Below are positions 36,497-47,661 of a DNA stretch of 55,736 nt, one piece after another. A program made the translations under genes and the position numbers. Below the pieces are notes generated by a model. It searched no databases, was not told where the DNA came from, and saw only the letters and a program-made list of their open reading frames with translations. Each line of letters opens with the position of its first letter. The stretch's first letter is position 1. Origin of the DNA: a virus (Duplodnaviria; Caudoviricetes); IMG/VR virus record IMGVR_UViG_3300045120_000268, positions 1 through 55,736 of that record; one strand, given 5' to 3'.

Positions 36497-37909
36497 ATGG
36501 CCGCACTGAAGGACCTGCTCGCCGAGCAGGCCAGGATCAAGGAAGAACTCCAGCGGATGGAGTCCGACGACGAGACCACCGAGGAAGGCGACGGGAACTA
36601 CCGCGACACCCTCATCGCCCGGTGGCGTGAGCTCGACGAGCAGGCCAAGCCGGTCATCGCCCGGATGGAAGAGATCAAGGCGATCACCAAGGCCGCGCAG
36701 GACCCGGCGAACCTCGAACGGCCCGACGCCGCCGACGGCACCTCCGCGTCCCGGTTCGGCAACCCCGACCTGGTCATCTCGAACCGCCGCGACCCGTACG
36801 ACGGGAACAACCTGATCCGGCACGAGAAGCAGATCCTCATGCCCCGCTCCGAGATCAGGTCCCGCGCCCTCGACGCCGTCGAACTCGAAGCGAAGCGGGG
36901 GAACCTGCCCCACGACTTCGCCGAAGAGGCGACCAGCAAGGCGCAGGGCAACGCCGGTATCGCCCGGCACATGCTGCTGTACGGGTCGCAGGAGTACCAG
37001 GACGCGTTCCGCGCCTACACCGAAGACCCGGAACACGTGGATGAGGTCTCCCGTGCTGTGCTGACCCTCGCCGGCGGTTCGGTGATGCTGCCGTTCGTGC
37101 TTGACCCGACGATCGTGCTGACGAACGGTGCGAGCGCGAACCCGTGGCGCCGGATCTCCAACGTGAAGCAGACCACGTCCAACACGTGGAACGGTGTCGC
37201 GTCGTCCGGCGTCAACGCGGCGTGGATCACTGAGACAACGATCGCCACCGACGTCACCCCGACCGTCACCGCGATCACCGTCACCCCCGTCAAGGCCGCC
37301 GCGTGGATCACCGGCACCTACGAGCTGCTGGAGGACAGCAACTTCGGGGAGCAGCTCCCGGTGCTCCTCGCGGACGCGAAGGACAGGCTGGAAGAGGCCG
37401 CGTTCGCCACCGGTACCGGCGCGGGTGTGCCACCTGGTGTGGTGCCCGGCGCGACCACGGTCGTGACCACGGCGACCACCACGGTGATCGCGCTCGGCGA
37501 CATCTACGCGGTACAGGCGGCGCTGCCGCCCCGGTTCCGTAACGCGCCCGGCGCGGCGTGGGTGGCCAACGTGGCGATCATCAACAAGATCCGGCAGCTC
37601 GACACCGCGGGTGGGTCCTCGTTCTGGACGAACCTCGGCAAGGGGCAGCCGGAGACCCTGCTCGGCGCACCGATCTACGAATCGACCACCATGACCGGGT
37701 CGGTCGCCACCACATCCCTGGAAGCGATCTTCGGGGACTTCGGGCAGTTCCTGATAGTCGATCGCGTGGGGGTCAGCATCATCTACGACCCCCTGGTCCA
37801 GGGTGCGGGTGGCGTCATCCCGGTCGGCGAGGCAGGGTGGTACATGTTCTGGCGAACAGGTTCCGCACTCACGTCCGTGAACGCATTCAGGGTCATGAAG
37901 GGCCTCTGA
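36497..37909 (+). CDS. Major capsid protein (HK97 fold with N-terminal scaffold/delta domain)
   Basis: Coiled-coil N-terminus; TLLGAPIYES; FGDFGQFLIVDR. Confidence 0.93.
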   Translation: MAALKDLLAEQARIKEELQRMESDDETTEEGDGNYRDTLIARWRELDEQAKPVIARMEEIKAITKAAQDPANLERPDAADGTSASRFGNPDLVISNRRDPYDGNNLIRHEKQILMPRSEIRSRALDAVELEAKRGNLPHDFAEEATSKAQGNAGIARHMLLYGSQEYQDAFRAYTEDPEHVDEVSRAVLTLAGGSVMLPFVLDPTIVLTNGASANPWRRISNVKQTTSNTWNGVASSGVNAAWITETTIATDVTPTVTAITVTPVKAAAWITGTYELLEDSNFGEQLPVLLADAKDRLEEAAFATGTGAGVPPGVVPGATTVVTTATTTVIALGDIYAVQAALPPRFRNAPGAAWVANVAIINKIRQLDTAGGSSFWTNLGKGQPETLLGAPIYESTTMTGSVATTSLEAIFGDFGQFLIVDRVGVSIIYDPLVQGAGGVIPVGEAGWYMFWRTGSALTSVNAFRVMKGL

Positions 37910-37978
37910 CCTGCGGGTATGTTCTGGCGGGCCGTTCTTGCGGCCCGCCAGAACATGAACCACCAAAAGGAGTAAACG

Positions 37979-39772
37979 ATGGTCGCTAACTACGCGACGC
38001 AGCCGATGACGGGCCGCACAGCCGCCGGCGCGGACTTTTTCGTGGACGCCGGGGCGCAGCGGGACAGCGTGACGGATGCGGCGATCATCGCGTTCTGGGC
38101 GTCGAACTTCACGGTGACGGCACCGGTGGCCGGGGTGGGGAACGTGACGGGGGTGCTGGCGCAGTACCTGGCCGCGTACCCGAAGGGCCCGTGATGGCTG
38201 CCCGGTATGCGCTGACCACGTTCAACATCCAGCTGCCCACGGGCTCCCACACGGTGATCGAGGGTTCGCTGCGCGACTCCACCCACGGCGCGGTGACGGG
38301 CGCACCGGCGCTGTTCGGCACCGTCGCGCCGGTGCTGAACCAGGGGCACTGCAACGACAAGCTGTTCAACTTCCTGACCGCGAACCCGAAGGGACCAGGC
38401 GAATGACGTGGGTCGCGCAAGACAACTTTGTGGGTGAGTCGGCGGAGGGTGCGTGGCTGACGGTTCAGAAGGGGCAGGCGTTCCCGGACAACCACCCGCT
38501 GGTGCGCCTGGACCGGGACGCGGCTGAGGCGGCGGCGAAGGACGGCCGGACGCGGACGGCACTGTTCGCGCCGATGGACCTCGGTGAGGACGAGGAGCCC
38601 GCGCCGAAGGCGGCGAAGGCCCCGGCGTCGCGTAAGGGTGCCTGATGCCGCTCCACAACGGTGACGTGATCTGGGAGACGCTGACACCGACGCTGCTGGT
38701 GAACTCGCCGGTGCTGGGGCCGTGGGTGGAGACGTCGGGCTGCACGCAGGCGCTCGGCTGGCTCGCGGTCGCCGGCGGCACGACGGTCGTCACTGTCGAG
38801 TACGGCACCGACGGCAGCACGGCCGACGCGGACTTCACGCCGGTGACGATCGCCGCCGGTGCGAACGTGCCGTTCAACCTGTACGGCCGGTTCGCGCGGG
38901 TGCGGATCGTGCAGACGATCGCGGACGCGACGAAACTAAAGCTCTACCTCCAGGCGAAGGCGTGATCTTATGCCGTACTGGCCTCCTGACACCCCGCCGC
39001 CGGCGGATGGTGTGCCGCAGATGCCCGCCGCGCCGAACTCGGGCCCGGCTCCGGTGCCGTACAGCGGCCCGGACTGGCCGCTGGCCCCAGACTCGGGTGC
39101 GCCGCTGCCCGATGTTTCCCCGGGGTCCACGCCGGGCCCGGAGGTGATGGACTCGGTGCCGGGCGGGTCGCCGCTGGCTGCGCCGAACGTGAACCCGTAT
39201 GAGGCGGGCAGTGTGTCGCCGGTCGTGTGGCCTGGTGACAGCGACCCGGGTGGCCGTGACATCGTGTCCGGCGCCGTCGCGGGCGCGGTCGCTGCGGCGG
39301 AGGCGCGGTTCGGTGAGCTGCGGGGCGACACGTACGGGCTGGGGTCGCACATCGGTGACCTGATGAGTTTCCCGCCGTCGCCGCTTGATCCCGGTGTGGG
39401 TTCGCTTGGTGAGACGCTGCCCACCGGCCACTACTACACGCCACCCCGTGGCTATGAAGGGAACGAGCCAGCATGATCACACCATCTGATTCCCCGTCGT
39501 CGCCGCAGCATTACGCGGAGGTCGCGGTGCAGCCGGTGAACATCCAGGCGCCCCTGTCCGATGGTGAGATCACAGCGGCGTTCGATGCCGCGAACGCGAC
39601 CGGCGGGTCTGGGGTGCTGTACCCGATGGGGCAGCGGATCGCGGACACCAAGACGATGATGGAGTCGCCGCAGGGGTTCGGCTCCGGTGGTTACGACATC
39701 ATCGGCGGCTACCACCAGGGCGGCGGCGACGGGTGGCCGAACGACGTTGAGCCGGTGCATGGCGGCCCCTGA
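37979..39772 (+). other. Small putative virion genes (37979-38194, 38191-38406, 38403-38645, 38645-38965, 38970-39476 Pro-rich, 39473-39772)
   Basis: Coupled ORFs downstream of the capsid gene. Confidence 0.65.
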
Positions 39773-40418
39773 CCACGCGGTCATCGGCTACGTCCGTCCC
39801 GCCCTCGTTTACGGGGAGTTCTGCGAGTCGCTGGTCAGCACCGCGATGGAGTGCCGCACCCTGCTGGATGCGGTGCTGCGGTACGAGTCCGGCCCGAACA
39901 TCAGCACGCCGCGGAACCTGGTCGTGGATGAGTTCCTCCGCCGCTATGAGGCGCCGTGGCTGCTGATGGTGGACACGGACATGGTGTTCGCCGGTGACGC
40001 CCTCGACCGGCTCATCGCCGCCGCTGATCCGGTGGAACGCCCGCTTGTCGGTGCGCTGTGCTACAGCCCGGCCGCTGGTGAGGTGCGCCCGACGATGTAT
40101 GAGATCACGCAGAAGGAGTCGGGGGCGCTGGGATTCGTCCACCTTGAGACGTGGCCGGAGGACACGTGTGTGCGCGTGTCGGCGACGGGGACGGGGTTCC
40201 TGCTGATGCACCGGGACGCGCTGCAGCGGGTGCAGGCGTCCAGTGGGGATGTGGCGGCGCCGTGGTTCCGCGAATCGCCGGTCGGTGCCCCGTTGTCGCT
40301 GATGGGGGAGGACATGACGTTCTGCCTCCGCGCCGCCGCCGCCGGGATCCCGGTCCACGTCCACACCGGCGTCCAGGTCGGTCATATGAAACCAGAGATG
40401 CTCGGAAAGGTGACCTGA
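39759..40418 (+). CDS. Glycosyltransferase (GT-A/GT2-like)
   Basis: WLLMVDTD (DxD), GTGFLLMHR, GEDMTFC, QVGH. Confidence 0.8.
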   Translation: MAAPDHAVIGYVRPALVYGEFCESLVSTAMECRTLLDAVLRYESGPNISTPRNLVVDEFLRRYEAPWLLMVDTDMVFAGDALDRLIAAADPVERPLVGALCYSPAAGEVRPTMYEITQKESGALGFVHLETWPEDTCVRVSATGTGFLLMHRDALQRVQASSGDVAAPWFRESPVGAPLSLMGEDMTFCLRAAAAGIPVHVHTGVQVGHMKPEMLGKVT

Positions 40419-40761
40419 TGCATCTGCTGCGGCTGGACGCGCCGCCGGAACCGGCGTGGGAACCGGACCAGGGATGGCGGGTCCTCGACGCGGACGGCCA
40501 TGTGGTGAACGCCGGTCCGCGGACCATCCTGACCGTGACGCTGGATCTCGGGCAGCTGCTCGGGATCGACGAGGAACAGGTGCCGTTGCTCGGCACGGAA
40601 CGGGAGCGGCAGTGACCGAACCGGACGAGCAGCCGGACGAGCCGATCGGGTGGATGGTGCTGGACCCGGACGGCAACGTCGTGGCAACAGGGGGACAGAC
40701 CGGGATTGAAGCGACCTCAGACACGGGCGAAGCGGTAGGAGACGTAAATGGCGGCGATTGA
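40418..40761 (+). other. Two small paralog-like genes (40418-40615, 40612-40761)
   Basis: GWRVLDADGHVVNAG vs GWMVLDPDGNVVATG. Confidence 0.6.
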
Positions 40762-41200
40762 CCAGGCGCTGGTGTCGATTCTGCTGAATGGGCTGACGCC
40801 GACGGGTGCGGCGGGTATCCCAGGGACGGCGATCGGTACGCCGGTGGGGACGTCGGCGATGCGGATCCGGCTGAACTCGACCCTGTCGACTGCGGCGGCG
40901 GCGGGGACGGAGATCTCTACGCAGACGTCGGGATATACGGCGGGCACCGGGTGGAACGCGCTCGGCCAGTCGGCTGTGTCGTCGGCGGGGTCGGCGGTGG
41001 GTGTGCCGCTCACGACCCAGTCGTTCGTGTCGAACGGTTCCCCGACCAACGTTGTGAGCCTGGACCTGACGGGGTCGGCGGGGCAGCGGGGGTTCTGGGG
41101 GCCGTTCAACGGGCAGCCGGTCGCTGTGGCCAGCGGCAATACATTTCAGGTAACGGGCGGGTCCGGCGCCGCCGCTGGTATCCAGATTTCGCTGACGTGA
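40748..41200 (+). CDS. Putative fibre/structural protein
   Basis: Gly/Thr/Ser-rich beta protein, 150 aa. Confidence 0.6.
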   Translation: MAAIDQALVSILLNGLTPTGAAGIPGTAIGTPVGTSAMRIRLNSTLSTAAAAGTEISTQTSGYTAGTGWNALGQSAVSSAGSAVGVPLTTQSFVSNGSPTNVVSLDLTGSAGQRGFWGPFNGQPVAVASGNTFQVTGGSGAAAGIQISLT

Positions 41201-41211
41201 GGCGCTGACAT

Positions 41212-41793
41212 ATGTCCTTCATCACCGGTACGCAGGCTGAGCTGCTGTACACGCTGACCACGGCGATCACGAAGAACACGTACACGACGGAGGCGGCGTT
41301 CTCCGGGGTGCTGGGCACGAACACGGTGTGCACGCTGCCCGCTGGGTGGCTCCTCAACGACTCGCCGAACCCGGTTGGCCGTTCGCTGTACATGCTGGCG
41401 ATGGGAACGACTGCCACCACGACGGCGGCGACGATCGCTGTCCGCCTGGGGATGGACCCGGCGGCGGGGACGATCAACCAGGCCGTCGGTGTCTCGGGTG
41501 CTCTCGCGCCGACCGCCGCCGTTACCTGCCCGTTCCGGCTCGAGGCGTGGTACACGTGTACGGCGTTCCTGACGAGCACGGCCACGTTCCAGGTGAACGG
41601 TTCGTGGCGGGTTGAGTCGGTCGCGTCCGGCGGTGTGCCCACGACCGCCGCCCAGTCCAGCGCGTTCACGGGTACCCACACTGGTATCGACCCGCGGGTG
41701 GCGAACTACATCGAACTGTTCGGCACGTGGTCGGCGTCGGCGGCGGGTAACACGACCACGATCCAGCAAATGTTTTTGTGGGGCCTGAACTAG
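41212..41793 (+). CDS. Putative structural beta-sandwich protein
   Basis: Thr/Ala-rich, 193 aa. Confidence 0.6.
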   Translation: MSFITGTQAELLYTLTTAITKNTYTTEAAFSGVLGTNTVCTLPAGWLLNDSPNPVGRSLYMLAMGTTATTTAATIAVRLGMDPAAGTINQAVGVSGALAPTAAVTCPFRLEAWYTCTAFLTSTATFQVNGSWRVESVASGGVPTTAAQSSAFTGTHTGIDPRVANYIELFGTWSASAAGNTTTIQQMFLWGLN

Positions 41794-41796
41794 CCG

Positions 41797-43752
41797 ATGC
41801 CGTTCATCCCGCTGGAGGTTTTCGCTAACAACCCGTCCACGACGGTCTCCTCCGGCGGCACGGGTACCCCGTCGTCCGGTACGCAGGAGACGTGGACGGT
41901 CGCGAGCTCGGCGTCGTTCCCGGCGGTGCAGATCGGCGCGCAGCAGTTCCATGTGGCGGACCCGGCGCTCCCGTCGGAGATGATGACGGTCCTGAACGTG
42001 TCCGGGACGACGTGGACGGTGCTGCGCGGCGCGGAAGCTACGGCCACGGTAGGGCATACGGCCGGGTTCACTGTGGTGCAGGTGGTGACGGCGGCGGCGC
42101 TGGCGAACCTGGCGTATCCGCCGTGGCAGTTCCCGGTGCAGGGGTACGGCGCGCAGGGTGATGGGAAGATCGGCACCGGCGGCACGGGTGCCAGCGGGCA
42201 GGCGGTGTTCACCGACGCGGGCGCTGCGTTTGTCGCGGGTGCGGCACCAGCGGGGGATGTCGGCAAGGTCGTCGTCATCAACCAGGGCACCGGCAGCGCC
42301 ACGGTGGGGACGAACCCGTTCTGCGGGACGATCATCGGGGTGAACTCGGCCACGTCGGTCACTCTGTCGGCGAACCTGGCCTCGACCTGCGCGTCAGCGC
42401 CGTACGTGTACGGCACCGACGACTCGGCTGATATCACCGCGGCGGTCACTGCGGCGGCGCAGTGGGCGGTGGCGACCGGGAACTACAAGGCGCAGATCAT
42501 GTTCGAGCCGCAGCTCTACATGTGCGGCGCGCTCACCCAGACCACCACCCAGCAGTGGTCCCCGTTCAACACCGGCGCTAACTACACGTACAACACGCAC
42601 ATCCCGATCCCGTTCACCACCCAGTTCGCGCGGAAACTGATCCTGGATTTCATCGGCGTCGGCGACGCGGCGGAACCGGATTTCTGGGGGTCGGCGGTCC
42701 CGGCGGTGGAAGGGACGTGCCTGGTGTCGGCGGTGTTTCCCCCGTCGCAGCCGGATGCGACGTTCGGGCAGATGTCGGTGATCGGCACCCCATCGGTGAC
42801 GACGAACATCGGCAACGGCGGCATCACCAACGGCAACTATGCGAACGTCCTGGTCAACATCGACGGCATCACTGTTGTGACACCGTTCAACGGGCAGCAG
42901 TTCGGGTTCGATCTCCGCTGGGCGGCGCAGGCGCATGTGGACCAGGCGGCGGCGGTGGCGTTCGCGCCAGTGAACTTCGCATCGCAGACGGTCGGCGGTC
43001 CGTGGCTGCGGTCCACGAACCTGCCGTCGAACACGGTCGCGGTGGGGCTGGCGATGCCAGCGGTGGGGAACAATGCCCTCGCCCATGTTGGCCGGTTCTC
43101 CGCTGAGGGCCTGTCCACCGGGGTGCAGATCAGCGAGCATTTCACGGCTCAGCATCTGGTCACGATGTACTGCGGCACCGGGATAGCGGTGAACATCACC
43201 CTCCCGGCGGGGTCGATCGTCCACGGCGGGTCGATCCTCATCTGGACCTGTGAGGGTTCCAACATGGGGATCGTCACCAACCAGTCGTCGACGGTCCAGT
43301 ACAACCTGTTCATCGGTGACGCCGACTTCGAGGTGATGATCACCGGGTATGTGAACGACCCGAACGGGAACCTGAACGGGACCATGTACTGGCATGACCT
43401 GTCCACGTGGACGCCGGCGGGGGCGGCGACGGTCGCCTACAACTGGAAGATCGTCAACACGCGGATGACGGTCGGGCCGTGGCTGGTCAACGCGGGCCTG
43501 TCGATTCCCGCTGCGCCTACGGCTCCCACGTCGACGACGGCGCAGCAGAACACTGCGTACCGGGACGCGACCGTCTACGCCTCCGCCGCCACGTCGATCA
43601 CCAACACCGCCGTCGGGCCAGTATCCGGGTCGCTGACGGCGCTGGGGCAGACCGCCGGCGCCGGGGTGGTGGTCCCGATCCGGGTGCCGGGCGGCCACTG
43701 GTACTCGGTCACCTACACCGGGGCGCTGACCACCAAATGGGTCCTGGAGTGA
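41797..43752 (+). CDS. Spike/fibre protein with pectate-lyase-like beta-helix
   Basis: VQGYGAQGDG...GTDDSADITAAV cap motif; Asn/Gly/Thr-rich. Confidence 0.7.
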   Translation: MPFIPLEVFANNPSTTVSSGGTGTPSSGTQETWTVASSASFPAVQIGAQQFHVADPALPSEMMTVLNVSGTTWTVLRGAEATATVGHTAGFTVVQVVTAAALANLAYPPWQFPVQGYGAQGDGKIGTGGTGASGQAVFTDAGAAFVAGAAPAGDVGKVVVINQGTGSATVGTNPFCGTIIGVNSATSVTLSANLASTCASAPYVYGTDDSADITAAVTAAAQWAVATGNYKAQIMFEPQLYMCGALTQTTTQQWSPFNTGANYTYNTHIPIPFTTQFARKLILDFIGVGDAAEPDFWGSAVPAVEGTCLVSAVFPPSQPDATFGQMSVIGTPSVTTNIGNGGITNGNYANVLVNIDGITVVTPFNGQQFGFDLRWAAQAHVDQAAAVAFAPVNFASQTVGGPWLRSTNLPSNTVAVGLAMPAVGNNALAHVGRFSAEGLSTGVQISEHFTAQHLVTMYCGTGIAVNITLPAGSIVHGGSILIWTCEGSNMGIVTNQSSTVQYNLFIGDADFEVMITGYVNDPNGNLNGTMYWHDLSTWTPAGAATVAYNWKIVNTRMTVGPWLVNAGLSIPAAPTAPTSTTAQQNTAYRDATVYASAATSITNTAVGPVSGSLTALGQTAGAGVVVPIRVPGGHWYSVTYTGALTTKWVLE

Positions 43753-43784
43753 CCGCGCCACCATCCCGGTAGGGGGGGTAAACC

Positions 43785-45731
43785 TTGCCCGCCCCCACCC
43801 TGATTCAGTACGGCCAGACCGCCTGGACGGGCACCGGGGCGAAGAACGTCACCGGCCTGGCCTGGAACGCTGGGGACCTGATCGTCGTCATCGGCGGCGA
43901 CGAGACCGGCACCACCGTCGTCGCCGCCCCGACCAACGCGAACCTGGGCTTCGCCGCTGGCACGGCGGTCGGGGCCGACGGCACCCACTGTTACGGCAAC
44001 ACGTGGACCGCGACCGCCGCATCCACCCAGTCGGCGCAGACGATCGCGGGGACCGGCGCGGGCGCCCTGGTGTGGGGAATGGCCGTCTGGGTATTCCGCG
44101 GCCACGGCGGCATCGGCACCCGCGCGACCGATGTCACGACCGCGCTCACGGTCAGCCTCGCCCGCGCCGGCGCGAACTCGCTGGTCGTGTTCGGCGGGTT
44201 CGACTTCGGCGCCAGCGCGACCGCCGGTTACAGTTTCACGCCCACCGTCGCCAACGACCGTGAGCACACCCAGCACAGCCCCAACTACACCACGTTCGTA
44301 GCTGACTTCGGCGACCAGGGCACCGCCGGGACCACCTCCTACGGCGTGGCGGGTGTCACCCTCGGCGCGACCACAAAGATCGCGCTGGAGGTCAAGGGGC
44401 TGCCCGGCGGCGCTGTTGTAGCACGGGCCGCACCGGGTCAGACGTGGCTGCGCCGGTTCCACCACCGGCAGACCCCAGCGCAGCCCGTATTCGCGGCGCA
44501 GACGATCATCGCCACCGCGAACCTCGCCGGCGCCGGCACGGTGACCGCTGGGACCCTCGCGTTCCCGGCGATCCCGGGGAAGGCGCGGCCCGGCCAGTTC
44601 ACCCCGGGGAACCCGGGCAGCAGCGCCATGGTGCTCCCACCGGCGCCCCCGGTGCCCACCCCGGCGATGGTGGCGCGGCCGGGGCAGACGTGGCTGCGCC
44701 GGTTCCACCACCGGCAGCAGGCCGCCCCCCCTGCGGCTGCGGGCGCGGTCACTATCATCGCCACCGCGTCCCTCGCCGGCGCCGGTGCCGTCGCCACGGT
44801 TGTCACGCAGGACGCGGGCACCGCCACATCACTGGCCGGTGCCGGTGCTGTCGCAGCGGCCGTCACTGAGATTGCCCCGGCCGCTGCTGCTGGTGCGGGC
44901 GCTGTCACGGCGCAGGTCACCCAGCTCGCCCCAGCCACCCTGGCCGCTGCCGGGACGGTCGCGCCGCCCCCGGTCACGCAGGCTGTCATCGCCACCGCCG
45001 CCGGTGGCGGGGCGGTCACCGATGTTGTCACGCAGACGGCCACCGCATCGCTGGCCGGTGCGGGTGCAGCCGCTGCGGTTGTCACTGAGATCGCCCCAGC
45101 CACCCTCGCCGGTGCTGGCGCTGTCGCCCCAGTCCCGGTCACCGAGGCTGTCACCGCGTCCCCCGCGGCCGCTGCCGCCGTCACCGACGTCGTCACCCAG
45201 ATCGTCATCGCGTCCCCTGCGGGCGCGGGTGCGGTCAACGCGAACGCCGCAGGCAGCGGAAGCACCGCCGCACTAGCGGGCGCCGGGTCGGTCACAGCGG
45301 CAGCGACGCAAGCTGTCACCGCTGCTCCCGCCGGTGCCGGGAGCCTGTCCGCCGCAGCCACCGAGGCGGCGAAAGCCACCCTCGCGGGCGCCGCTACGGT
45401 CAGCGCCTCCGGGCAGATCACCGGCACCGCGAACCTGGCCGCCGCGGGCAGCCTCGCCGCGCTGGCGACGCAGCAGGCGGGGTCCACTCTCGCGGCGGCT
45501 GGGGCCGCATCCGCCAGCGCGGGGCTGCGGTCCACCGCGGCCCTGGCCGCCGCGGGCACCGTCACCGCCGTCAGCGGCACCCAGACGGCGTTCACCGTCG
45601 GCGCCCTCAGCGCCTCTGACAAGCCCACAGCCGTCCTGGTGGCCTCCGGTGCCACCAGCGCCCTCACAGCCGCCACAGCGCCGTCTGGGGCGCTCACAGC
45701 CACCGACAAGCGGACAGGAGGCCCACAGTGA
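43785..45731 (+). CDS. Ala-rich repetitive fibre-like protein
   Basis: Many A(S/T)LAGAGAV..VT repeats; PGQTWLRRFHHRQ x2. Confidence 0.7.
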   Translation: MPAPTLIQYGQTAWTGTGAKNVTGLAWNAGDLIVVIGGDETGTTVVAAPTNANLGFAAGTAVGADGTHCYGNTWTATAASTQSAQTIAGTGAGALVWGMAVWVFRGHGGIGTRATDVTTALTVSLARAGANSLVVFGGFDFGASATAGYSFTPTVANDREHTQHSPNYTTFVADFGDQGTAGTTSYGVAGVTLGATTKIALEVKGLPGGAVVARAAPGQTWLRRFHHRQTPAQPVFAAQTIIATANLAGAGTVTAGTLAFPAIPGKARPGQFTPGNPGSSAMVLPPAPPVPTPAMVARPGQTWLRRFHHRQQAAPPAAAGAVTIIATASLAGAGAVATVVTQDAGTATSLAGAGAVAAAVTEIAPAAAAGAGAVTAQVTQLAPATLAAAGTVAPPPVTQAVIATAAGGGAVTDVVTQTATASLAGAGAAAAVVTEIAPATLAGAGAVAPVPVTEAVTASPAAAAAVTDVVTQIVIASPAGAGAVNANAAGSGSTAALAGAGSVTAAATQAVTAAPAGAGSLSAAATEAAKATLAGAATVSASGQITGTANLAAAGSLAALATQQAGSTLAAAGAASASAGLRSTAALAAAGTVTAVSGTQTAFTVGALSASDKPTAVLVASGATSALTAATAPSGALTATDKRTGGPQ

Positions 45732-46099
45732 ACTGGATACGCCGCGCCGCCGCCATAACACTCCCCGCCGCCGCGATCGTGGTGGCCGCCGCCGCGCCCG
45801 CACTCGCCGCAGTACCTTCCGTCTCCTACAGCGAAACCGGCACCTGCGGCAACGGCGCCTGCACCACCCACATCACCATCGACTCCAACCCGAACAACAA
45901 CGGGGTCCGGGCGTGGGAACACTGCAGCAACGGCCAGATCCACCTCGGCAGTTTCCACTTCAACGTCGGCGAGACGAGTAACACCGCCTCGTGCGGCACC
46001 GGGAACCCCGTCACCAGCGCCGGGTTCGACTACCGCACGTCCAACCCGGTCCGGGTGACCTGTTACAGCTTCGGCGGCTCGCGTTCGGGGTTCTGCTGA
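45728..46099 (+). CDS. Small secreted Cys-rich protein
   Basis: Signal peptide ending APALA; six Cys. Confidence 0.7.
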   Translation: MNWIRRAAAITLPAAAIVVAAAAPALAAVPSVSYSETGTCGNGACTTHITIDSNPNNNGVRAWEHCSNGQIHLGSFHFNVGETSNTASCGTGNPVTSAGFDYRTSNPVRVTCYSFGGSRSGFC

Positions 46100-46740
46100 G
46101 CGAGTCTCTCGCGCCGGTCCTTGCTGTAACAGGCGGCGCAGAGACCGTGGGCGGTCATCAGCTTGCCCGGGTGACATGTCGCTGGTTTCCGGGTCCGCTG
46201 ATTGCGCCGGTTGTTCGCCTGCTCTGCCGGTGTGGCCCAGCGGCAGTTCTCCGGCGAGTACGGGCCGCTGTTGTCGATGCGGTCCAGGGTCATGCCAGGT
46301 GGTCGCGGTCCCATGTCGGCGAGGAAGACCGCGAAGTCGTCCCACTGCGGGCAGATCGTGATGCCCCGGCCGCCGTAGCGTTCATGGCCGGGGCGGTTGG
46401 TGTCACGGACACGCTGCCGCATCGCTGACCAGGAGATGTACTCCGGGTGGCGGCCCGGGCTACTGCGTGACATGCCGTGAGTGCGGGCCGTCTCGCTCAT
46501 CCGCTTAGCCGCTACTTCCCGGTTCCGGCATCCGCAACTGGTCGTAAGGCCTTTCCGCAGATTGCCTGTCACGACTTCGCGCTCTGTGCCGCACTCGCAG
46601 TGGCACAGCCAGTAACTGTCGCGGACGACGCCTTTGGGGCTGCGCCGGGCAGGCGCCTCAGCCACGACGGTCCACCTGCCGAAGATCTGGCCAGCCAGAT
46701 TGAGGCGGTTGGGAGAGCGGTCGCCCTGCTTAAAGGTCAT
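46063..46740 (-). CDS. HNH homing endonuclease
   Basis: FGRWTV...WLCHCECG...SCGC...YGGRGITIC...[19 protein letters not shown]. Confidence 0.9.
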   Translation of the reverse strand: MTFKQGDRSPNRLNLAGQIFGRWTVVAEAPARRSPKGVVRDSYWLCHCECGTEREVVTGNLRKGLTTSCGCRNREVAAKRMSETARTHGMSRSSPGRHPEYISWSAMRQRVRDTNRPGHERYGGRGITICPQWDDFAVFLADMGPRPPGMTLDRIDNSGPYSPENCRWATPAEQANNRRNQRTRKPATCHPGKLMTAHGLCAACYSKDRRERLAQQNPEREPPKL

Positions 46741-46773
46741 GTCTAAAAGGATACCGAGTAATGGGAGGCTGGC

Positions 46774-47661
46774 GTGCGCTATCCTGCCGGCCAGCCAATT
46801 CGTCTCAGTACGACGGTCCGTGACGTCACGGGGACCCTGGTCGACGCTGGGGCTTTGACGCTGCTGGTGAAGCTCGCGGCGGTGGATGGCACGTGGACGA
46901 CGACCGGCACCTATGCGTCGCCGGCGCATGACGGGGTGGGGCTGTACCACCAGGACATCCCCGTCACCGACCTCGCCGCGCTCGGCCACTACCAGTACAC
47001 GTGGACCGCGACCGGCACCGGCGCCGGGGTGTCGTTCGGCGACTTCGACGTGTTCGACCCGTTCGAGAACGCCGTCCTCCCGCTGCAGGACGCGAAAGAC
47101 ATGCTCAACATCCCGCAGACGACCACCACCTCCGACGCGGAAATCCAGTCGTTCATCTCAACCATTGAGAGCAGCCTCCGGGGCATGACCGGCGGCCCGC
47201 TCATCAACCGCACCATCACCGAACGCGCCGAGATGACCGGCTACCAGACCGTCATCTCCGTCCGGCAGCGGCCCCTCGTCTCTGTCACATCGATCGCGTC
47301 CGCGTCCGGTGGGGCAATCGACATTTCCGCCGGCCTGGACCTGGACGCGAACGCGGGGACGATCCGCCGCAAACTCGGCCTGCCGTTCTACGGCCCGTTC
47401 TTCCAGTGGCTGCCGCAGGTCAACGTCACCTACGTCGCCGGGTGGGGCACGAGCGTCCCAGCGGCGTTCAACATGGCCGCGCGGATCATCCTCGCCCATC
47501 TGTGGGAGACGCAGCACGGTCCCCCTGCCCGGCCGTCGATGGGTGGGATGGACATGGTGCAGCCGCAGGGGTTCGGGTTCGCGATCCCCAACCGGGCCGC
47601 TGAGCTGCTCGAGGGCGGCAGCCAGGATGGTATGCCGTTCATGTCCGAGGCGTACGTGTGA
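46774..47661 (+). CDS. Head-tail connector (adaptor) with N-terminal extra domain
   Basis: [10 protein letters not shown]...VTYVAGW...[13 protein letters not shown]. Confidence 0.75.
   Translation: MRYPAGQPIRLSTTVRDVTGTLVDAGALTLLVKLAAVDGTWTTTGTYASPAHDGVGLYHQDIPVTDLAALGHYQYTWTATGTGAGVSFGDFDVFDPFENAVLPLQDAKDMLNIPQTTTTSDAEIQSFISTIESSLRGMTGGPLINRTITERAEMTGYQTVISVRQRPLVSVTSIASASGGAIDISAGLDLDANAGTIRRKLGLPFYGPFFQWLPQVNVTYVAGWGTSVPAAFNMAARIILAHLWETQHGPPARPSMGGMDMVQPQGFGFAIPNRAAELLEGGSQDGMPFMSEAYV

Noticed and set aside
33642-37966. Long minus-strand ORFs (414, 509 and 514 aa)
   Set aside because: Shadow ORFs opposite portal, protease and capsid genes, typical of high-GC DNA
44438-46345. 635-aa minus-strand ORF
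   Set aside because: Antisense mirror of the Ala-rich repeat gene
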